This document shows, one piece after another, positions 45,581 to 51,238 of a DNA stretch of 51,238 nt. Made by a program: the position numbers and the translations under genes. Source of the stretch: Bacteroidota bacterium (GTDB lineage Bacteria > Bacteroidota > Bacteroidia > Bacteroidales > FEN-979). The notes beneath the pieces are model-generated. The model made no database searches and was not told where the DNA came from. It saw only the letters and a list, made by a program, of their open reading frames with translations. The stretch lies in assembly GCA_030706225.1 (NCBI GenBank), contig JAUZOW010000002.1, forward strand, positions 1 to 51,238, in the 5' to 3' direction. Position 1 is the stretch's first letter. The number at the start of each line of letters is the position of its first letter.

Positions 45581-46211
45581 TCCGGGTTCCAACCGGTTTA
45601 TAATCCCCGATCTGAATTTTTTCAGTGCAGAATAAAATCTCCTCTTTTTCCTGGTTCGAGCAGACAATGACCAGCCGTTTATCTGTATACCTTTGAATCA
45701 GTTCCAGATACCATTCCAGCCCGGTGACATCAAGGTTCATGGCCGGCTCATCCAATAGAATGACAGGTACATCGCTGAAAACAGCAAGTGCAATCTTAAT
45801 CCTTTGTTTCATACCGGAGGAATATTCCCGGATATGTTTTTTTGAGGAAACAGGGAAATTCAACAGGTCATTGATATTTCTGAGAGTAAGACCGGGAAGA
45901 GGATTTTTAAATGAAAAATGGAATTTCAGCAATTCATTGATTGTGAAATCCTCGATCACCTCCTGATAGGGAGCTGCCAGCGTGATATAACGGAAGATGT
46001 CCTGAGAAGAGATATTTTCAGAATCACAATATTTAACAAAGCCTTCCGTAGGGTCAAGGATTCCGGAAATCATCCGCAACAGGGTTGATTTCCCCGATCC
46101 GTTCTTTCCCAGAATGGCATATTTATACCCGGATTCAAAACGATAGTTGAGATCTCGAAAGATCCATTCAGAATTATATTTTTTACCGGTGTGCTCAAGT
46201 TTGATGATCAC
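45573..46211 (-). CDS. Orphan ABC-transporter ATP-binding protein (no adjacent permease)
   Basis: Has Walker A 'GKNGSGKST', signature 'SSGMKQR' and Walker B 'ILLDEP'. Uses a GTG start. 212 aa. Confidence 0.85.
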   Translation of the reverse strand: MIIKLEHTGKKYNSEWIFRDLNYRFESGYKYAILGKNGSGKSTLLRMISGILDPTEGFVKYCDSENISSQDIFRYITLAAPYQEVIEDFTINELLKFHFSFKNPLPGLTLRNINDLLNFPVSSKKHIREYSSGMKQRIKIALAVFSDVPVILLDEPAMNLDVTGLEWYLELIQRYTDKRLVIVCSNQEKEEILFCTEKIQIGDYKPVGTRIR

Positions 46212-46251
46212 GGGAAAAATATAAGTATATAATTCAGAACCGGTTAAGCTT

Positions 46252-47043
46252 CTATCTTATTCCCGGTTTTGAATATCCTTTCATGATGCCTCTGCTGGAG
46301 TTAGCGATAAAGGAAAGGATTTCATCCCGTTCGGGTGTGGCTTCAACTTCGGCTTCAATAATTCCGATAGCCTGAGTGACATTATACCCTTTGAGATAAA
46401 TAATCCGGTAAATTTCCTGGATTTGGTTGATTACCTCCATTGAAAAACCACGGCGTCTCAGACCGATAGAATTAACCCCTACATAGGAAAGTGGTTCACG
46501 GGCGGCTTTGGTATAAGGAGGCACATCTTTCCGGACCAGTGACCCACCTGAAACCATGACATGAGTTCCGATGTGTACAAACTGGTGAACCGCAACGGTA
46601 CCCCCCAATATTGCCCAGTCGTCGATGGTAATATGTCCCCCGAGGTTTGTGGCATTTGCCAGAACGACATTATTCCCAATAACACAATCGTGAGCGATGT
46701 GTGTATAGGCCATCAACAGTGTATTGTCGCCAATGACTGTTTCATAGCTCGCTTTGGTTCCTCTGTTAATGGTAACATATTCACGAATGGTCACATTGTT
46801 GCCGATTTTAACGATCGTATCTTCACCGGCAAATTTTAGATCCTGTGGAATAGCTGAAATGACGGCTCCCGGGAAAATTCTGCAATTTTTCCCGATGCGG
46901 GCTCCTTCCAGAATCGTGACATTGGATCCGATCCATGTACCTTCTTCAATAATAACATTTTTATCGATGCTGACAAAAGGTTCTATCACCACATTGGGGG
47001 CAACTTTTGCCTGCGGATTGACATAAGCGAGGGGTTGATTCAT
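46252..47043 (-). CDS. lpxA: Acyl-ACP--UDP-N-acetylglucosamine O-acyltransferase
   Basis: 263 aa hexapeptide-repeat protein ('IAHDCVIGNNVVLAN', 'GGHITIDDWAILGG') with a helical C-terminal domain. Located directly after lpxC/fabZ. Confidence 0.9.
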   Translation of the reverse strand: MNQPLAYVNPQAKVAPNVVIEPFVSIDKNVIIEEGTWIGSNVTILEGARIGKNCRIFPGAVISAIPQDLKFAGEDTIVKIGNNVTIREYVTINRGTKASYETVIGDNTLLMAYTHIAHDCVIGNNVVLANATNLGGHITIDDWAILGGTVAVHQFVHIGTHVMVSGGSLVRKDVPPYTKAAREPLSYVGVNSIGLRRRGFSMEVINQIQEIYRIIYLKGYNVTQAIGIIEAEVEATPERDEILSFIANSSRGIMKGYSKPGIR

Positions 47044-47052
47044 AGGAATAAT

Positions 47053-48444
47053 CTATTTTTTTTGAATTTGGGCCATGAGTTCTGCTTCCATAACGATCCG
47101 GTTACCGACATAAGCTGTTCCCTTCATCTGGCATATACCTCTGCGGATCGGACCCAGGAGTTTATTTACAAACACCACGGTATCACCGGGAACTACTTTT
47201 TGCCTGAATTTAACATCTTCGATCTTAAGGAAGTACGTAATGTAATTTTCAGGATCCGGAACAAAGCTTAATGCAAAAATCCCCCCTGTTTGTGCCATTG
47301 CTTCGATCATCAGGACACCCGGCATTACAGGTTCATCCGGAAAATGCCCGACAAAGAAGGACTCATTCATGGTGACATTTTTTACACCGACTACCTGTTC
47401 TTCGGTCATCTCAAGAATCCGATCGATCAGCAGGAACGGAGGACGATGCGGCAGGATCTTTTTGATTTTGTTGATATCGTATAAAGGAGGCTTATTCAGG
47501 TCGAAAACCGGGATTGATTCGGCTTTATGTTCTTTCTTTATAAGCCGTTTTAGCATCTTGGCAAACTGAACATTTGAAAAATGTCCGGGACGTGTCGCGA
47601 TGATCTGAGCTTTTATCGGCATGCCAACCAGGGCCATATCGCCGACGATATCCAGTAATTTATGACGGGCCGGTTCATTCGGGAAATTAAGCTCCAGGTT
47701 ATTGAGAATGCCTTCTTTCAGGACGCGAACCTTTGGCTTGTTGAAAACCATTGCCAGATGGTCCAGCTCATCGCGGGAAATCTCACGATCGACAAAAACT
47801 ATGGCATTACTCAGATCACCGCCTTTGATCAGGTTATTGTTCAGCAGGTATTCCAGTTCATGAAGAAAAGAAAAGGTTCTGCAGGGAGCTATCTCTTCGC
47901 TGAAATCCTGGATTTTATTAAGAATTGCATTTTGCGAAGGAACAACCTTTGAGTCATAGTCGATCATTACGGAAACATGAAATTCTTTTGAGGGAATGGC
48001 AATGATCTCTACTTTTTTCTCATTGTTGGTATAAGTAACATTCGAATTAAGAGTAAAATAGCGGCGAGGCGCATCCTGTTCCACAATGCCTGCTTTCTTG
48101 AGCTCAGCCACATATATCCGGGCGCTGCCATCAAGGATCGGGGTTTCCGATTGATTTAATTCAACCAGAACATTGTCAATTTCCAGTCCGGAAAGAGAAG
48201 CCAGTACGTGTTCGATCGTGTCGATCCGGACACCCCGGTACTCAATACTCGTTCCTCTGGAAGTATCCACAACATAATCTACATCAGCCGGTACCAGGAT
48301 TTCAGGATCCATATCGGTACGGCGAAATTTAATCCCATGATTTACAGGGGCCGGATAAAATGTAATCAGAACATCATTTCCGGTATGAAGCCCTGTTCCA
48401 CTAATTGATACAGAAGATTTTATTGTTTTTTGATTCTCACTCAT
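47053..48444 (-). CDS. lpxC/fabZ: Bifunctional UDP-3-O-acyl-GlcNAc deacetylase / 3-hydroxyacyl-ACP dehydratase
   Basis: The N-terminal LpxC domain has 'ISGTGLHTG' and 'TIEHVLASL'. The C-terminal FabZ hot-dog domain has 'LPHRPPFLLIDRI' and 'FFVGHFPDEPVMPGVL'. Confidence 0.93.
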   Translation of the reverse strand: MSENQKTIKSSVSISGTGLHTGNDVLITFYPAPVNHGIKFRRTDMDPEILVPADVDYVVDTSRGTSIEYRGVRIDTIEHVLASLSGLEIDNVLVELNQSETPILDGSARIYVAELKKAGIVEQDAPRRYFTLNSNVTYTNNEKKVEIIAIPSKEFHVSVMIDYDSKVVPSQNAILNKIQDFSEEIAPCRTFSFLHELEYLLNNNLIKGGDLSNAIVFVDREISRDELDHLAMVFNKPKVRVLKEGILNNLELNFPNEPARHKLLDIVGDMALVGMPIKAQIIATRPGHFSNVQFAKMLKRLIKKEHKAESIPVFDLNKPPLYDINKIKKILPHRPPFLLIDRILEMTEEQVVGVKNVTMNESFFVGHFPDEPVMPGVLMIEAMAQTGGIFALSFVPDPENYITYFLKIEDVKFRQKVVPGDTVVFVNKLLGPIRRGICQMKGTAYVGNRIVMEAELMAQIQKK

Positions 48445-48458
48445 GATTTTATAAAAAA

Positions 48459-49496
48459 TTATTCCGGTTTTTCTTTATTCATCCTTCTCTCAAGTTCATT
48501 GACCCGTTTTACAAGATTATCAATATTTCTGAGGTGGACTATATTCCTGCGTGCCTTGCCTGCTTCAACAGCAGGTGATCCAAGGTAGGCGCCGCCTGAT
48601 TCCCGGATACTTTTTTCAACACCGGATTGTGCTCCGATAATTGTATTGTCAGCAACTGACAAATGTCCGACAATACCTGCCTGACCTGCAATAATACAAT
48701 TTTTACCAATTTTGGTAGATCCTGCAACCCCAACCTGAGCAACAATCACTGTATTTTCACCAATTTCAACGTTATGAGCAATCTGGATGAGATTATCCAA
48801 TTTGACTCCGCGATGAATTTTTGTAGATCCCAGCGTGGCACGGTCTATCGTGGTATTGGCGCCGATTTCCACGTCGTCTTCGATCACGACATTCCCTGAC
48901 TGAATGATCTTTTTATATTCCTTTCCGGGTTGGGAGGCAAATCCAAAACCATCAGCTCCGATCACAACTCCGGAATGCAGAATACAATGGCTGCCGATAA
49001 CACAATCATTGTAAATCTTTACCCCGGCATGCAATGTGGTATGGTCGCCAATGATTACATGATCTCCCAGGTAAACCTGAGGGTATATTGTTACATTGTT
49101 ACCGATGACCACATCTTCTCCGACATAGGAAAATTCACCAAGATATACGTTTTCCCCTGTTTTAGCCGATTTGGAAATAAAAGCGTAAGGGGATATCCCG
49201 CTTTTTGCGGGTTTCAACCGGTTGAATATCTCCAGTAACTGAGCAAAAGAAGTATATGCGTTTTCAACCCTTATCAGTGTCGCTGAAATAGGATGGCTGC
49301 CTTCAAAATTTTCATTGACAACCACAATAGAAGCACCGGTTTTATAAATGTAATCCTCGTATAACGGATTGGCGAGAAAACTAATCGATCCCGGTGTTCC
49401 TTCTTCAATCTTTGCCAGCTTGGAAACAATCACATCGGGATTACCATCCACTCTCCCGTGGAGAGTTTCGGCGATCTGTCGTGCAGTAAGCTCCAT
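48459..49496 (-). CDS. lpxD: UDP-3-O-acylglucosamine N-acyltransferase
   Basis: 345 aa with an N-terminal domain, a left-handed beta-helix ('[22 protein letters not shown]') and a C-terminal coiled coil. First gene of the lpxD-lpxC/fabZ-lpxA set. Confidence 0.9.
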   Translation of the reverse strand: MELTARQIAETLHGRVDGNPDVIVSKLAKIEEGTPGSISFLANPLYEDYIYKTGASIVVVNENFEGSHPISATLIRVENAYTSFAQLLEIFNRLKPAKSGISPYAFISKSAKTGENVYLGEFSYVGEDVVIGNNVTIYPQVYLGDHVIIGDHTTLHAGVKIYNDCVIGSHCILHSGVVIGADGFGFASQPGKEYKKIIQSGNVVIEDDVEIGANTTIDRATLGSTKIHRGVKLDNLIQIAHNVEIGENTVIVAQVGVAGSTKIGKNCIIAGQAGIVGHLSVADNTIIGAQSGVEKSIRESGGAYLGSPAVEAGKARRNIVHLRNIDNLVKRVNELERRMNKEKPE

Positions 49497-49585
49497 GAAA
49501 TGCCTGATTTAAGACCTTGTAAAAGGTGGCGCAAGTTACCAATTAATTTCGAAAAGCTGAATATTAATTTTTAACATATTAAATG

Positions 49586-50839
49586 TCAAATAATTATCTC
49601 TTTAGGAAAACACAGAAGATATTTGCTTACAGAGCGTGACAGAACAGCTATGTTCAATTGTTCGGATGTCTCTGACAAATCATGGATCGTCATATCTTTA
49701 AAAAGGATCCGGATCTTGTCTTGTAAGGGGTTATATGCATTGTTTGTAGCTGTAGCTTCGAAAAAGAAATATTCCGTTTCTTCCGGAGTAAGATCCATTT
49801 GCTTCCTGATCGCGGATCTGATTTTTTCCACATAAGCCGGATCAAAGGGCTGATCCTGAATGATGACCCGGAAAAGATGGCGGTCAATCAGGCATCTGCA
49901 GAGATAGGAGAGAACGCGGTCAGGATGATCCATCCATGTTTTTACAGGAGCAAAAATGTCGACATCATCAAGCCGGGCAAAATAATCAAGCCATTTTCTG
50001 TCTTCCTTGAATTGTGAAATACTGATGTCGGAATAAAGAAAAGGATGCAGGGCTGGAGTAGTAAATAAGGATTCACCCCGGAGAGCCAGCATTTTTGCCC
50101 GTCTTAAAACATGGATCATGATCTTTTCGGCGCTTACTACCGTTTTATGAAGGTAAACCTGCCAGTACATCAGACGACGTGCGATAATGAATTTCTCAAT
50201 GGAATAAATCCCTTTGGATTCCACAACCAGTTCGTCGCCGGCAACAGCAAGCATCTTGATGATCCGGTCGGTATTAATAACTCCTTCGGCTACCCCGGTA
50301 AAAAAACTGTCACGGGAAAGATAATCCAGACGGTCCATATCCAGCTGGCTGGAAACCAGCTGATGCAGGAAACGCTTGGGATAGTCGTTCCGGAAAATGC
50401 GGACTGCCAGATCGAGCCGATGACCCATCTGGCGGTTTAAATCATCCATCATCATCAGAGAAAGCTCTTCATGCGAAAGATCCTGAACAATCGATTCTTC
50501 CAGGGCATGAGAAAATGGTCCGTGGCCTATGTCGTGCAGCAGAATAGCTACGAGGACGCCTTCCTCTTCTTCCGGAGTGATAACTTCTCCTTTTGATCGT
50601 AGCACTTCAATAGCCTGCATCATCAGGAAAAGGCTCCCCAAAGCATGCTGAAAGCGGGTATGTTGTGCAGAAGGATAAACATAATGAGAAAGGCCCAGTT
50701 GCTTGATCCTTCTCAGACGTTGAAACCAGGGATGCTCGATGAGATCGAAAACAAGGTCGTTGGGAATCGTGATCAGTCCATAAACCGGATCATTTATTAT
50801 TTTTCGCTTATTTGCTTTCCCTTCTATTGCACGATTCAT
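49586..50839 (-). CDS. HD-domain phosphohydrolase (SAMHD1/COG1078-like, possible dNTP triphosphohydrolase)
   Basis: Has 'RFQHALGS' and 'LLHDIGHGPFSH'. 417 aa. Confidence 0.8.
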   Translation of the reverse strand: MNRAIEGKANKRKIINDPVYGLITIPNDLVFDLIEHPWFQRLRRIKQLGLSHYVYPSAQHTRFQHALGSLFLMMQAIEVLRSKGEVITPEEEEGVLVAILLHDIGHGPFSHALEESIVQDLSHEELSLMMMDDLNRQMGHRLDLAVRIFRNDYPKRFLHQLVSSQLDMDRLDYLSRDSFFTGVAEGVINTDRIIKMLAVAGDELVVESKGIYSIEKFIIARRLMYWQVYLHKTVVSAEKIMIHVLRRAKMLALRGESLFTTPALHPFLYSDISISQFKEDRKWLDYFARLDDVDIFAPVKTWMDHPDRVLSYLCRCLIDRHLFRVIIQDQPFDPAYVEKIRSAIRKQMDLTPEETEYFFFEATATNNAYNPLQDKIRILFKDMTIHDLSETSEQLNIAVLSRSVSKYLLCFPKEIII

Positions 50840-50841
50840 TG

Positions 50842-50849
50842 TATTTTTG
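50842..50849 (+). promoter_or_regulatory. Candidate -7 promoter box (TATTTTTG) for porX
   Basis: Exact match to TAnnTTTG, 79 nt upstream of the ATG at 50928. Confidence 0.35.
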
Positions 50850-50927
50850 TTAAAAGATGATAAAAACAGATTTCCTGTACAATAAAAGCAATATTACGAC
50901 ATTTTATTAGTATAGGAAAAATCAGAT

Positions 50928-51238
50928 ATGGACAGAGCGAGTATTTTATGGGTTGATGATGAGATTGATCTTCTCAAGCCACACATCCTTTTTTTAAAGG
51001 CAAAAGGTTATGATATTGACACCAGCAAGAGTGGTACGGAAGCCCTTGAAATCCTTCGTAGTAAGCCGTTCGATATAATATTTCTGGATGAACAGATGCC
51101 CGGGATGTCGGGTATTGAGACCCTTTTTAAAATCAAGGCGGAGTTGCCGAATCTTCCAGTCGTTATGATCACTAAAAGTGAAGAGGAATCCATCATGGAA
51201 GATGCCATTGGCTCTAATATTTCCGATTATCTGATCAA
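50928..51238 (+). CDS. porX: PorX-type response regulator (receiver domain only; 3' end outside window)
   Basis: My translation is [43 protein letters not shown]...[15 protein letters not shown]...[26 protein letters not shown]. It closely resembles the PorX N-terminus as I recall it. It is absent from the ORF track because no stop falls within the window. Confidence 0.8.
   Translation, partial: MDRASILWVDDEIDLLKPHILFLKAKGYDIDTSKSGTEALEILRSKPFDIIFLDEQMPGMSGIETLFKIKAELPNLPVVMITKSEEESIMEDAIGSNISDYLI

Noticed and set aside
49586-50839. HD-domain dNTPase-like protein considered as a possible anti-phage dNTP-depletion defense gene.
   Set aside because: It sits in a conserved housekeeping context, directly upstream of lpxD and divergent from porX. 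No other defense or mobile genes flank it. It is more consistent with a core SAMHD1/COG1078-type enzyme.
1-51238. Search for CRISPR arrays, tRNA/rRNA genes, transposases, integrases, phage genes, toxin-antitoxin pairs or defense systems.
   Set aside because: I saw no spaced direct-repeat arrays, no cloverleaf-like intergenic sequences and no recombinase or reverse-transcriptase motifs. Intergenic regions are short (mostly under 250 nt) and are explained by promoters and terminators.
1-51238. CCGG and TCCGGA strings appear strikingly frequent throughout the window.
   Set aside because: This is probably a codon and dinucleotide-usage effect (frequent CCG/CGG/GGA codons). I cannot quantify enrichment without computing k-mer statistics. 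At most it suggests no CCGG-targeting restriction pressure.

Overview
This 51.2-kb window looks like a core chromosomal segment of an anaerobic Bacteroidota genome. All gene identities come from reading motifs in the supplied translations; no database search or statistics were run. The phylum call rests on several features:
- a fused lpxC-fabZ gene
- a PorX-type T9SS response regulator
- two Skp/OmpH genes after bamA
- TAnnTTTG '-7' promoter boxes and no Shine-Dalgarno dependence

About 47 protein genes are tightly packed. I found no rRNA, tRNA, CRISPR array, transposase, integrase or phage genes.

Gene content by theme:
- **Outer-membrane biogenesis:** an Omp85 paralog, a DUF6089-like barrel, uppS, bamA and skp x2.
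- **NAD and redox metabolism:** nadK, nadB, dsbD, a two-subunit KorAB 2-oxoacid:ferredoxin oxidoreductase, a four-subunit delta-alpha-beta-gamma enzyme of the same class, and a 55-aa ferredoxin missing from the ORF track.
- **Lipid A synthesis:** lpxH, lpxD-lpxC/fabZ-lpxA, and a second lpxD.
- **Small Wzx/Wzz/ligase-type glycan locus.**
- **Housekeeping:** tilS, mnmD, rnhB, purD, efp.

The most notable element is a translationally coupled pair at 27400-30166. It consists of a PP-loop-containing 460-aa protein and a MurD-family ligase located outside a dcw cluster. This fits the MurL/MurD2 (L-Glu ligase plus epimerase) alternative route to peptidoglycan D-Glu. The skp genes are also not followed by murI.

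Other points worth checking:
- an orphan ABC ATPase in the lipid A operon
- tandem Wzz paralogs
- a 914-aa membrane-anchored protein of unknown function
- several small regulatory-looking DNA motifs

I see no convincing evidence for a defense or mobile system here.
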